Below are positions 11,701 to 24,529 of a stretch of 64,000 nt of DNA, piece by piece. The notes beneath the pieces were generated by a model. That model saw only the letters and a list, made by a program, of their open reading frames with translations, was not told the origin of the DNA and did no database searches. Positions within the stretch are counted from its first letter, which is position 1. Every line of letters begins with the position of its first letter. This stretch comes from Macrostomum hystrix (Eukaryota; Animalia; Platyhelminthes), in NCBI GenBank assembly GCA_950097015.1, contig CATNEN010000003.1, forward strand, positions 2,790,001-2,854,000. Direction: 5' to 3'. The position numbers were made by a program, and so were the translations under genes.

Positions 11701-14700
11701 ATGAATAACTGGGTGTGTCGGAGAGATAATCCTAATGAATAACTGGGTGTGTCGGGTAGATAATCCTAATGAATAACTGGGTGTGTCGGGTAGATAATCC
11801 TAATGAATAACTGGGTGTGTCGGGTAGATAATCCTAATGAATAACTGGGTGTGTCGGGTAGATAATCCTAATGAATAACTGGGTGTGTCGGGTAGATAAT
11901 CCTAATGAATAACTGGGTGTGTCGGGTAGATAATCCTAATGAATACCTGGGTGTCTCGGATAGATAATCCTAATGAATAACTGGGTGTGTCGGGTAGATA
12001 ATCCTAATGAATAACTGGGTGTGTCGGGAAGATAATCCTAATGAATAACTGGGTGTGTCGGGTAGATAATCCTAATGAATAACTGGGTGTGTCGGGTAGA
12101 TAATCCTAATGAATAACTGGGTGTGTCGGGTAGATAATCCTAATGAATAACTGGGTGTCTCGGATAGATAATCCTAATGAATAACTGGGTGTGTCGGGTA
12201 GATAATCCTAATGAATAACTGGGTGTGTCGGGTAGATAATCCTAATGAATAACTGGGTGTGTCGGGTAGATAATCCTAATGAATAACTGGGTGTGTCGGG
12301 TAGATAATCCTAATGAATAACTGGGTGTCTCGGATAGATAATCCTAATGAATAACTGGGTGTGTCGGGTAGATAATCCTAATGAATAACTAGGTGTGTCG
12401 GGTAGATAATCCTAATGAATAACTGGGTGTCTCGGATAGATAATCCTAATGAATAACTGGGTGTGTCGGGTAGATAATCCTAATGAATAACTGGGTGTGT
12501 GGGGTAGATAATCCTAATGAATAACTGGGTGTGTGGGGTAGATAATCCTAATGAATAACTGGGTGTGTGGGGTAGATAATCCTAATGAATAACTGGGTGT
12601 GTCGGGTAGATAATCCTAATGAATAACTGGGTGTGTGGGATAGATAATCCTAATGAATAACTGGGTGTGTCGGGTAGATAATCCTAATGAATAACTGGGT
12701 GTGTCGGGTAGATAATCCTAATGAATAACTGGGTGTGTCGGGTGGATAATCCTAATGAATAACTGGGTGTGTCGGGTAGATAATCCTAATGAATAACTGG
12801 GTGTGTCGGGTAGATAATCCTAATGAATAACTGGGTGTGTCGGGTAGATAATCCTAATGAATAACTGGGTGTCTCGGATAGATAATCCTAATGAATAACT
12901 GGGTGTGTCGGGTAGATAATCCTAATGAATAACTGGGTGTGTCGGAGAGATAATCCTAATGAATAACTGGGTGTGTCGGGTAGATAATCCTAATGAATAA
13001 CTGGGTGTGTCGGAGAGATAATCCTAATGAATAACTGGGTGTGTCGGGTAGATAATCCTAATGAATAACTGGGTGTGTCGGGTAGATAATCCTAATGAAT
13101 AACTGGGTGTGTCGGGTAGATAATCCTAATGAATAACTGGGTGTGTCGGGTAGATAATCCTAATGAATAACTGGGTGTGTCGGGTGGATAATCCTAATGA
13201 ATAACTGGGTGTGTCGGGTAGATAATCCTAATGAATAACTGGGTGTGTCGGGTAGATAATCCTAATGAATAACTGGGTGTGTCGGGTAGATAATCCTAAT
13301 GAATAACTGGGTGTCTCGGATAGATAATCCTAATGAATAACTGGGTGTGTCGGGTAGATAATCCTAATGAATAACTGGGTGTGTCGGAGAGATAATCCTA
13401 ATGAATAACTGGGTGTGTCGGGTAGATAATCCTAATGAATAACTGGGTGTGTCGGAGAGATAATCCTAATGAATAACTGGGTGTGTCGGGTAGATAATCC
13501 TAATGAATACCTGGGTGTCTCGGATAGATAATCCTAATGAATAACTGGGTGTGTGGGATAGATAATCCTAATGAATAACTGGGTGTGTCGGGTAGATAAT
13601 CCTAATGAATAACTGGGTGTGTCGGGTAGATAATCCTAATGAATAACTGGGTGTGTCGGGTAGATAATCCTAATGAATACCTGGGTGTCTCGGATAGATA
13701 ATCCTAATGAATAACTAGGTGTGTGGGATAGATAATCCTAATGAATAACTGGGTGTGTCGGGTAGATAATCCTAATGAATAACTGGGTGTGCGGGGTAGA
13801 TAAACCTAAAAAATTTGACACAAAAAGGTTCTTCACACAAACGCTAGAGACGCTGTTACAGAAAATAAACTAATAAATAGGGATAACAATTGAGCACACA
13901 GAGAAGCAAATGACTCACTCATCAGCGGATAGATGCAGCAATCGAAGATTGGAATGAGTACTAAAATGAGCAGCGAGTTGAGAGCCTGCATCTGGTCAGG
14001 CAGTATTGACCAATCCCAGAACAAGTAGCCATCCATTAGCGAGGCTTGAATGGTCCATCGCGAGCCCATCTGGTCGAACAGGGCCCAAAAGATTGGGAAA
14101 GGAATGTAGAGCAGCAGTAAGCGGCTAAATTGTCTTAGATCGCGAATAAATGTCGGCGGAAATCGGTCAGAATCGGCGTAATCCAAAAACTGTTTGTCCA
14201 TATCTTTGACCGGCGTAGCTCTGTAGTTGCGAAATGCGCTGACAATGCAACAGGCAGCCTGGCTAACAACGCTTTTGCCTGGCTGTGCCATGCGATACAT
14301 TGGCTTGCCGGCTACGAATACAATGATGGCTAGTCCCATAGCAATCGCCGGTATGCCGAATGCCAAGGCGTAGCAATTTTCACCCATACAGAAGGTGTTA
14401 GACCGCACAATGGGTATCAAAATGGTTGACAAAAGTGAGCCGAGATTGATGGCAAAGTAGAATGTGGAAAAGAATGCTTCTCGCATCCAGGCTTTGCCCT
14501 CCGGAATTTGGTCGGCTCCGAATGCTGAAACATTCGGCTTGATGCCGCCAGTGCCCAGACCAATCAGCATCAAGCCGACTAGTGCACCTGCCAGGCCCAG
14601 GTGGGGCACGGCTGTGGCGGCTAGGATGACGCCGCCAATGCAGTACACAATGGACAGGATGACAATAGTCCAGAAGCGACCCAGAAGACTGTCGGCTATG

Positions 14701-15044
14701 ATGCCACCAATGATTGGCGAGAAATAGCACAGCACTACAAACAGGTGGAAGATGGCTGTTGAATGGTCCGGGCCAAGACCGATGAACTTCAACAGGTACA
14801 GCGTCAGGATGGTGCGAACACCGAAATAGTTAAAACGTTCGCAGAACTCGTTGGTGACGATAAAATAGACGCTGATTGGAAAGCGACAGAATGCTGGAGA
14901 ACAGCCCGACGGCTGAACGTCCGGGTCTTCCTGAGCGTCGGTGGCATCAGCGGCAGCAGGCTTTGGGCTGTTCAATGGCTCGCTGTGCGACCCAGCCAAG
15001 CCCCCCTCCGAGTTGATTAACTTCGTCTGCTCGCCACTAGACAT
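2748..15044 (-). CDS. Proton-coupled oligopeptide transporter, SLC15A1/2 (PepT)-like, 4 exons, ~757 aa
   Basis: Exons 15044-13919, 9784-9525, 8943-8529, 3220-2748; all GT-AG and phase-consistent (2274 nt). POT family motifs NEFCERFNYFG, GTGGIKPNVSAFGADQ, FYFAINLGSL, FWALFDQMGSRW, PDQMQALN, WQVPQY, AEVLFSISGL, EAPTSMKS; extracellular domain in exons 2-4. Confidence 0.95.
3272..7010. repeat. Intronic 21-bp minisatellite with two subfamilies: GACTGTAGGGAGA(C/A)AGAGGTA (3272-3700), then GACTGTGTAGGCATGGAGG(A/T)A (3700-7010)
   Basis: Roughly 175 tandem units in the last intron of the PepT gene; source of the long spurious ORFs. Confidence 0.97.
7368..7387. repeat. (GT)n microsatellite
   Basis: Read directly. 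Confidence 0.9.
7870..8463. repeat. Intronic 24-bp minisatellite ACCTATGTACCTGA(A/G)GGGAT(GCCA/AATA)
   Basis: About 25 tandem units starting ~65 bp from the exon 3 donor. Confidence 0.97.
8968..9505. repeat. Intronic 26-bp minisatellite GGCAGTGACGAATGTACATTGGTCTA
   Basis: About 20 units fill almost all of intron 2 (8944-9524). Confidence 0.97.
10488..13805. repeat. Intronic 34-bp minisatellite GATAATCCTAATGAATAACTGGGTGTGTCGGGTA with 1292-bp higher-order duplication
   Basis: About 97 units; rare variants recur at a 1292-bp offset. Confidence 0.97.
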
Positions 15045-16323
15045 AGCAACGAGAAAACGATTAGCAATGGAGGACTATAGGAGAGCTAGGGAAACTATGG
15101 CTACTGAATGTAACAAACTAAAATGTTAAACTGTGCCGCTAAGTTTGTCTTGCTCAAGCTTTAGCTTAAGGAGGTGGATAAGCTGAAAATTGTCTAGTTG
15201 CAAGTAGTGCTCAAAGTGCTTCCTGAAATTTTAAAAGAAAGTTGGTGAAAGCGCAGACTTCATAATAATGATAATGTTTTAACTTAGTAACAAAAATATC
15301 TTAGCAAAAATCATCAAAAACATTGTTGGATATAAAAACTAACTATTTAAAATGACCATTACTAGTAAAAGCAAGTGCACATATTAAATATTTTAAATAC
15401 AATCTAAAACAGGTCATGTGATTATGATGCTTAACAATTTGGCTCGATTGACTATGATGTGAACTAAATTCTGGATAATGATAAAAAAGATGCTGATGTA
15501 TCCCAGTGAAGTGAATAAAGAAAATAAATGAACTAATGACCATTAAATAATAACTAATATTTACTTACATAACAATAATTACCAGTGTGAATATTGGAAC
15601 TTACAAGGTTAAACAAAATATGAAACAGTTGTCACTACATAACAAAATCTATTATTCCAGTTTTTAACTTGCAAAGTACTATTTTTTAATTTTATATTGC
15701 CATGAAATCACTGAGATATGATAGCTCTCTACAAGAAACTAGCTTTTCAAAAAAACTAAAAATGTGAATATATAATCTAATGTATTTAAAATACAAATGC
15801 ATAAACTTGACAACAGTCAAAAGCAAACTTTTTTATTATTAGAGGAGTTAGCGTTTTACTCATCGTCTAGGGTCTAGGTCTAGCTAACTCAAAATGAGTT
15901 ATAAATTTGATTCTGCTTTTTAAAGCAAACAAAATACTTTTAAAAATTGATGCTTAATTTCCTTTTCTTGCATGAGTCAGAAAGAGTTAAGTGTTAAAGT
16001 CTTCTTGAGTTATAAGTTTTATTCTTATGTCAATATTTAATTTTCTCTTCAAATAATTTATTTTATTTTTTAGTTTAGTAACCTTTGCTCAACATGCCAC
16101 TTTTTACTAATTAAACAACAATATAGTCATCGATAAAGCAAATTTAAAGTATCGTGCGTATCTGGGCTTTGTGTTATTAAGTTTATGTTACTAATGTTTA
16201 CCAAAGAAAATAAATACAGAACTAAATAAACCGATATATTTCAACGTTTAAAAACTTTGCGCGAAACAAATGCTGTATATGGGGGGTGTATAAAACATGG
16301 GCTCGCATTGGGCACACTGGGAC

Positions 16324-19300
16324 CACCCGTGTTACACTCCGTAAAGCCAAATCTGCGTTACAACACGAGCCTACAAAGCGGTACTCTGCGCGCAGCGGCG
16401 TATTGATACGCGCAGCTTATAGCTTTCAAAGCCAATACAACGCTTTTATGTGGGGCAAACGTCGAACGTGCTGCTATATATAAATACGTGCTGAAATATA
16501 AATATAAAGCATGCTGCTTATGTTAAATAAGTTTCGCAACAGGACAACTAATCTAACATAATGTTTAGGCTAGTGAAAGCTTAAGCCAGTAATTATACAA
16601 TTAGGCTATCGTATAATTGGAATTGGCTGTTGCTAATTCTATTTTTAGTACTAGCACTAATAGTAGCTAGGCTGAGCTAGTTGAATATGACTATTCAAAA
16701 GGATATTAGACAATAGCAAAAAATTATATATCATATATCGACTATAGCTTTAGGTATAGCTTGCTTATGTGCTTCTGTGTACTGTGTAGCCTAGCTAAAA
16801 TATGTTTAGTGTATATATATATAGGCCTATATATATATATATATATAACTGCTATACAGCATTATAGCCTACTTCAAAACCACTTTCACAATTGATAATC
16901 AATGGCCTGACAAATATAACTAGATTCAATGCAAGTACACCAGTATTTAAATAAACTGACTAGTCTAAATGAAATTCTCTTGGTAGCTATTGATATGAAA
17001 AATGTTTTGATATACCTAAATACCTAAAAATAGCTAAAGGTCCCTACCTATATAAATGTTCTTTTTATTGACTGACAAAATGTATATAATTATATTGATC
17101 TAGCTCCTGATCTATTATGTCTTGTAAATCTATTATGTCTACTAGCAAAATAAAAAGAAACATTATTGCCAGCTAGCTAGTTACTATCCTAAAGGCTTTC
17201 CTACTCTCCTCTAGCCTCCGCCCTCCTCAACCATCCTCTACCCTCCACTACTCTCCTCTATCTTCCCTGCCATCCTCTACCCTCCACTACCCTTCACTAT
17301 CCTCCCCACCATCCTTTACCCTCCTTCACCATCCTCTACTCTCCTCTACACCCTTCCCTCTTCCCTCTACTCCTCTTCCCTTTACTACTATCCTCTACCC
17401 TCCTCTACTCTGCTCTAACCTCTTCTCTCCACTACCATCCTCTACCCTTCTCTACCCTCTTCTACCCTCCTATAACCTCCTCTAACCTCCTCTACCCTCC
17501 TTTACCCTGCTCTACCCTGCTCTACCCTCCTCTACCCTCCTCTAACCTCCTCTAACCTCCTCTACCCTCCTCTACCCTGCTCTACCCTGCTCTACCCTCC
17601 TCTACCCTCCTCTAACCTCCTCTAACCTCCTCTACCCTCCTCTACCCTGCTCTACCCTGCTCTACCCTCCTCTAACCTCCTCTACCCTCCTCTACCCTTC
17701 TCTACCCTCCTCTAACCTCCTCTAACCTCCTCTACCCTGCTCTACCCTCCTCTACCCTCCTCTAACCTCCTCTAACCTCCTCTACCCTGCTCTACCCTCC
17801 TCTACTCTCCTCTATCCCCTTCCCTCCACTACCATCGACCATCGACCATCCTCTACCCTCCTCTACCCTCCTCTACCCTGCTCTACCCTCCTCTACTCTC
17901 CACTACCATCCTCTACCCTTCTCTACCCTCCTCTACCCTCCTCTAACCTCAACCTCCTCTACCCTCCTCTAACCTCAACCTCCTCTACCCTCCTCTACCC
18001 TGCTCTACCCTCCTCTACCCTCCTCTAACCTCCTCTAACCTCCTCTACCCTCCTCTACCCTGCTCTACCCTGCTCTACCCTCCTCTACCCTCCTCTAACC
18101 TCCTCTAACCTCCTCTACCCTCCTCTACCCTGCTCTACCCTGCTCTACCCTCCTCTAACCTCCTCTACCCTCCTCTACCCTTCTCTACCCTCCTCTAACC
18201 TCCTCTAACCTCCTCTACCCTGCTCTACCCTCCTCTACCCTGCTCTAACCTCCTCTAACCTCCTCTACCCTGCTCTACCCTCCTCTACCCTCCTCTAACC
18301 TCCTCTAACCTCCTCTAACCTCCTCTACCCTGCTCTACCCTCCTCTACTCTCCTCTATCCCCTTCCCTCCACTACCATCGACCATCGACCATCCTCTACC
18401 CTCCTCTACCCTCCTCTACCCTGCTCTACCCTCCTGTACTCTCCACTACCATCCTCTACCCTTCTCTACCCTCCTCTACCCTCCTCTAACCTCAACCTCC
18501 TCTACCCTCCTCTAACCTCAACCTCCTCTACCCTCCTCTACCCTGCTCTACCCTGCTCTACCCTCCTCTACTCTCCTCTATCCCCTTCCCTCCACTACCA
18601 TCGACCATCGACCATCCTCTACCCTCCTCTACCCTCCTCTACCCTCCTCTAACCTCAACCTCCTCTACCCTCCTCTAACCTCAACCTCCTCTACCCTCCT
18701 CTACCCTGCTCTACCCTGCTCTACCCTCCTCTACTCTCCTCTACCCCCTTCCCTCCTCTTCCCTCCACTACCATCCTCTACCCTGCTCTACCCTCCGCTA
18801 CTCTCCTCTACTCAACTATACTCTACTATATCTTTCCCTGCTCTTTCCTCCTCTACCCTCCTCTACTCTCCTCTACTCAACTCTACTCTACTATATCTTT
18901 CCCTGCTCTTTCCTCCTCTACCCTCCTCTACTCTCCTCTACTCAACTCTACTATATCTTTCCCTGCTCTTTCCTCCTCTACCCTCCTCTACCCTTCTCTA
19001 CCCTCCTCTACCCTCCTCTACCCTCCTCTACTCTCCTCTACCCCCTTCCCTCCTCTTCTCTCCACTACCATCGACCATCGACCCTCCTCTACCCTCCTCT
19101 ACCCTCCTCTACCCTCCTCTACCCTCCTCTATCTTCCCCGCCATCCTCTACCCTCCACTCCCCTTCTCTTTCCTACCCGCCATCCTCTACCCTCCACTCC
19201 CCTTCTCTATCCTCCCCAACATCCTCTACCCTCCTTCACCAGTCTTTACTCTCCTCTACCCCCTTCCCTCCTCAACCATTCTCTACCCTGCTCTAACCTC

Positions 19301-19618
19301 GTCGATCCTCCCCACTATCCTCTACCCTCCGCTACCCTCCTCTATCTTCCCCGCCATCCTCTACCCTCCACCACCCTCCCTAGCCATCCACTAATCTCCT
19401 CTACCCCCTTCCATCCTCTTCCCTCCACTACCATCAACCATCCTCTACCCTCCTCTACCCTGCTCTAACCTCCCCTACCATCCTCTACCCTGCTCTAACC
19501 TCCCCTACCATCCTCTACCCTGCTCTAACCTCCCCTACCCTCCCCTACCCTGCTCTACCCTGCTCTACCCTCCTCTACCCTCCTCTACCCTGCTCTAACC
19601 TCGTCGATCCTCCCCACC
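16324..19618 (+). repeat. Left terminal inverted repeat (~880 bp unique AT-rich part plus C-rich satellite)
   Basis: Reverse complement of ~34533-38079. In the unique part I saw only small differences (2-bp indel near 17037/37366, TA-run length). The inner boundary is approximate. Confidence 0.92.
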
Positions 19619-20660
19619 CTCCTCTATCTTCCCCGCCATCCTCTACCCTCCACCACCCTCCCTCTATCTTTCCCTGCTCTACCCTCCTCTACTCTCCTCT
19701 ACCCCCTTCCCTCCTCTTACCTCCACTACCATCGACCATCGACCATCCTCTACCCTCCTCTACCCTCCTCTACCCTCCTCTACCCTCCTCTAACCTCCTC
19801 TACCCCCTTCCCTCCTCTTCCCTCCACTACCATCCTCTACCCTTCTCTACCCTCCTCTACCCTCCTCTAACCTCCTCTAACCTCCTCTACCCTCCTCTAA
19901 CCTGCTCTACCCTGCTCTACCCTCCTCTACTCTCCTCTACCCCCTTACCTCCTCTTCCCTCCACTACCATCGACCATCGACCATCCTCTACCCTCCTCTA
20001 CCCTCCTCTACCCTCCTCTAACCTCCTCTACCCTCCTCTACGCTCCTCTACCCCCTTCCCTCCTCTTCCCTCCACTACCATCGACCATCGACCATCCTCT
20101 ACCCTCCTCTACCGTCCTCTACCCTCCTCTACCCTCCTCTACCCTCCTCTACCCTCCTCTACCCTCCTCTACCCTCCTATACCCTCCTCTAACCTCCTCT
20201 AACCTCCTCTACCCTCCTATACCCTCCTCTAACCTCCTCTAACCTCCTCTACCCTCCTCTACTCTCCTCTACTCTACTCTACTCTACTCTACCTTTCCCT
20301 GCTCTTTCCTCCTCTACCCTCCTTTACCCTCCTCTACCCTCCTCTACCCTCCTCTACTCTCCTCTACCCCCTTCCCTCCTTTTCCTTCCACTACCATCGA
20401 CCATCGACCCTCCTCTACCCTCCTCTACCCTCCTCTACCCTCCTCTACCCTCCTATACCCTCCTCTAACCTCCTCTAACCTCCTCTACCCTCCTCTACCC
20501 TCCTCTACTCTCCTCTACTCTCCTCTACCCTCCTCTACTCTCCTCTACTCTACTCTACTCTACTCTACTCTACTCTACCTTTCCCTGCTCTTTCCTCCTC
20601 TACCCTCCTTTACCCTCCTCTACCCTCCTCTACCCTCCTCTACTCTCCTCTACCCCCTTT
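17200..20660. repeat. C-rich 10-bp satellite (CCTCTACCCT / CCTCTAACCT / GCTCTACCCT)
   Basis: Read directly; strongly pyrimidine-biased plus strand. Confidence 0.97.
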
Positions 20661-20760
20661 CTTTTTCTTTTTCTCGTCTTGTTTGTCGTTTATTGATTGC
20701 GTTTTTAAATTGTCAATGTTTTTTTCTAAATAATGATATGCCTATCTTCAAATTGCAGGC

Positions 20761-23700
20761 ATGTTGAGAAAGCTTTCTTCTTGGAATGTGTTCTGTATGG
20801 AACAACAAAAAGGACGAAGTGACTTGAGTTGTAAGTTTTTAACAATATTTAAATTTAGGTAAGAGTCAATATATTATTTTTTGCCATAATTTATTAAACC
20901 AAAACGAAAAAATGATAGGAAATTGTTCAGAAGTATATTAGATTGATTTTATGAAGGCTTGCTTCCCTGCTTAGGTTTGATGCCCTTTGCCCAAAGCAAT
21001 GGAAAAATTGGTCTTGTTCGTTGTTTTCTTCATCGGGCCTTTTTCATCTGCAGTTCGTGGGAGCTGTTCCACAATGAGATTGAACATCTGACACGTTTAT
21101 TTGGTCTTATCGGCTACCTGAGAACCTTCCTGTCTAGAATTACGAGTATTAACAAGTTTCTGTGTGAAAAGCTGGATGACCCGCAGAGTTTGCAAGCTTT
21201 TGAGCCTAAGAATCATATTATTTCGTTACCTTTCTTGGATTGTGCTCTGTTGAGTTTAAAAAGATCAGAAAGTTATTCCGAAAAAAAATCTCAATGCTCA
21301 AATTCGTCTTGTTTTTCGCACCGAAAAGATCGCTATGTTTGTGAGCAATCTGAGATATAGTGTGCCTCGACCTCTTGCTGCAGCTGGTGTTGTGTACAAA
21401 TTTTATTGTTCTGGTGACCGGAACATTTCCTATATAGGAAAGACTAAGCGAAACCTGTACACGAGGGTTAGAGAACACTGGCTTAAGAACTCTGCCATTA
21501 ATGAACATCTGCTCCCACGCAAGAGATGCTGTGACGCTGAACCACATGAAATTATTAAGACTATAAGGTTTTGTAAGAACGATTACAAACTTCGCCTATT
21601 AGAGGCTATGTACATTAAGGCCCAAAAACCTACTCTTAACAATCAGCTCACCATGCGGGGTGCTAGCCGTCAGCTTCAACTTTTTTAGTTTGCTTGCTCA
21701 AAACTGGACTGGACTGACTTGACGCGTACCATGCCTTTACACCCAAAATTTAGCACATAGTCTTGTACTTTTATTCTCTCGTCAACCGTAATAATATATA
21801 TATGTTCAAATCAATATAATATATTTATGAATATATTTCTTTTCTTGTGTCGTTTTTTGTTTAATAAATTATTGAGTTCTGAAGATTACCATTGTGGACA
21901 ACATGCATCGGCAATAACATATTATGCTGATTCTTACCTTCATTTATCTATTGTTCCTAAAGCGAGCTACACTACCTGAATTTTACCAATATTCTTCCTC
22001 CTTGAATTTTATGCTAAATGTAAGTCAACACTTGCACGTACGCAACACACGCACCTTTCCAGCTGCACCTTGCCCCACCGCAGCTTGCTCCACCACACCT
22101 TGCCTCACCAAACCTTGCACCATCGTATCTTGCTTCACCGCAACTTGCACCACCGCACATTTCCTGCTGCACCTTGCATTACTACAAAAGCGTATATTCA
22201 ATTTTCCACCAATTGTAGCTAATTCGCAGAACTTAAGCCAAATATTTGCAAACCTGCCTCCTGAAGAGCTGGAGCGTCTTAAGCTAGCTGCTGAGAGAGC
22301 GAATGCTGAGAACCAAGCAGGAAAGAAAGTGGAGTCCATAAAGCTGAAGCGCAAGTTCGAATCTTTGGTTAGTCACTGAGCACTGACCAATTACATATAC
22401 GAGCGTATACGAGATATATACCTATTTTGTGATATCTCGCATACCTTTAATTTTCAACTAGGTTACCCAGTTGGCAAAAATCGGAGGCAGTGCCTCTTGT
22501 GTAATTCGTCTGCCAGACCGCAAACTAGTCATTCTTGAAACCCCTGATGTTAGTGGAGCCGCAGAGCGGACGAATTTCGCTTCAGTAAGTAACTTCTAGC
22601 GCTTTAGTCCACATGCGAATACCAAGTTGAACGCGAGTTAAATCGTTATTCAACGTTTTGTCTCTTTCTAGTATGCGTTCTTTCGCAGCAGCGGTTCTAC
22701 CGATGACATGACAATCGAAGAGTTGCGCTCTTCATGCGCTTCCATGCTACAGCTTAAGTATAGTAAGTGCGACTATTCTGCATAATCGTATATCATTGTA
22801 TATCATTCCGTTAAACGTATTTCAGAATGTAGAATGTAATGTAGTCCTCGATTGTGTATGTCCATCTATCCAAATTATGTTACTACTTTCAGATTATTAT
22901 AATTAACTTGTATGAGCACAATCCTGTAATGCTTTTAGAGCAGTCAGGCGGCGGCCGTCGTCTGAACTACGTAAAATATCCAGCCCAGGGATTTTGGTCC
23001 TCATGGCCTCTAGGCGTTCCACCGAATATTCCAGTCAATTCGATGTCAAAGGAGCAGCTTCTCAAAGTCTGGCGCGTCAGAGACGAGCTACAGTTCAATC
23101 CCAGGAGCAGCTCCTCTGTTTCAACCGGATCGTTTAATCGAAATCTGGATCATGAGTCTGGGTTTGTTATACCATATTTTTTACATATTTTTTTTAAGTT
23201 CGTTGTGCTTGGATTAGCAGCCTGCAAAAAGGCAATTCTGCCAATTTCGCTGACCCCTGAACAGACACGCGCATACTCACTAGAAAGTGTGTGTGTGTGT
23301 GTGTGTCTGTGTGTGTACTCTTGTACTCTGTATGTAAACTCTGCCCTGACTTCATCCTCAGGCAGCTCGTCGACGCTTGTACACTCACAGTGTGCCTCCG
23401 ACCGTCCAATGCGTCAACTGCACTTCCCACTTCCCTATTTTTAAGCTAAGTACTCATGAACTCACTAAACTCCTTTTAGGTCATCCGTGGCTGGCGTTTT
23501 TTCGGGTTTTGTCGAATACGATAGCACCAATCAAGCCACCTTTGAGCGCTCATCTTCCGAGACCGCTTCCGATTCTGGTGCTGCTGCCTCGGTGCGCACG
23601 ACATCTGGTGCTGCTGCCTTGGTGCGCACGACATCTGGTGCTGCTGCGTCGGTGCGCTCGACATCTGGTGCTGCTGCGTCGGTGCGCTCGACATCTGGTG

Positions 23701-24377
23701 CTGCTGCCTCGGTGCGCTCGACATCTGGTGCTGCTGCCTCGGTGCGCACGACATCTGGTACTGCTGCGTCGGTGCGCTCGACATCTGGTGCTGCTGCGTC
23801 GGTGCGCTCGACATCTGGTGCTGCTGCGTCGGTGCGCTCGACATCTGGTGCTGCTGCCTCGGTGCGCACGACATCTGGTGCTGCTGCCTCGGTGCGCTCG
23901 ACATCTGGTACTGCTGCGTCGGTGCGCTCGACATCTGGTGCTGCTGCCTCGGTGCGCTCGACATCTGGTGCTGCTGCCTCGGTGCGCTCGACATCTGGTG
24001 CTGCTGCCTCGGTGCGCTCGACATCTGGTGCTGCTGCCTCGGTGCGCACGACATCTGGTACTGCTGCGTCGGTGCGCTCGACATCTGGTGCTGCTGCCTC
24101 GGTGCGCTCGACATCTGGTGCTGCTGCCTCGGTGCGCTCGACATCTGGTGCTGCTGCCTCGGTGCGCACGACATCTGGTACTGCTGCGTCGGTGCGCTCG
24201 ACATCTGGTGCTGCTGCGTCGGTGCGCTCGACATCTGGAACCATTATCACTAACTCCGATCCTTCACCTCCTTTCTCGTTAGTCCAGAGTACAGTTGCCG
24301 GGTCGTCTGGCATTCGCGTTTTCTTTCGTTCCTCTGACTCAGTAGCGACAAAAGTTTTTCGAATAGACACCTCTTAG
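20761..24377 (+). CDS. Transposon accessory gene, 6 exons, ~517 aa: N-terminal HMG-box-like region, central WP-motif region, C-terminal 10-aa repeat
   Basis: Exons 20761-20830, 22219-22367, 22462-22584, 22672-22762, 22939-23161, 23480-24377; all GT-AG and phase-consistent (1554 nt). Spliced N-terminus MLRKLSSWNVFCMEQQKGRSDLSSNSQNLSQIFANLPPEELERLKLAAERANAE follows the HMG-box helix pattern. The 3' end is less certain. Confidence 0.7.
20959..21688 (+). mobile_element. Penelope-like retroelement 3' fragment (RT thumb/linker plus GIY-YIG endonuclease), frameshifted
   Basis: GVVYKFYC...SYIGKTKRNLYTRVREH...SAINEH...LEAMYIKAQKPTLNNQ is a GIY-YIG domain; upstream LHRAFFICSSWELFHNEI...ISLPF is typical of PLEs; lies in intron 1 of the HMG-like gene. 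Confidence 0.9.
23215..23420 (-). mobile_element. Truncated SINE family A copy (3' part)
   Basis: GGCAATTCTGCCAATTTCGCTGACCCCTGAACAGACACGC resembles 32250-32290 and the reverse complement of 49640-49680; intronic. Confidence 0.65.
23570..24240 (+). repeat. 30-bp coding tandem repeat (TSGAAASVRS)n, ~22 units
   Basis: Units ACATCTGGTGCTGCTGC(C/G)TCGGTGCGC(T/A)CG inside predicted exon 6. Confidence 0.95.
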
Positions 24378-24529
24378 CAACCGTCTTCTTTTCTGGCTCA
24401 TATCAGTTAAAGATTGTGAACATAAAATCGGTCGTAGTTTACGCTAAGGTCTTTCTAGCCACTGTTTTAGTTCTTATTCGTAGTTGTACAACTTCCCACG
24501 ATAGAAACACCGAGCATCTAAAATTCTGG

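Noticed and set aside
10488-13805. CRISPR-like appearance of the 34-bp array (and other arrays)
   Set aside because: Head-to-tail repeats without unique spacers, no cas genes, eukaryotic intron context.
17200-20660. True telomeric (TTAGGG)n tract or interstitial telomere
   Set aside because: The unit is a 10-mer, not TTAGGG; only the strand asymmetry is telomere-like.
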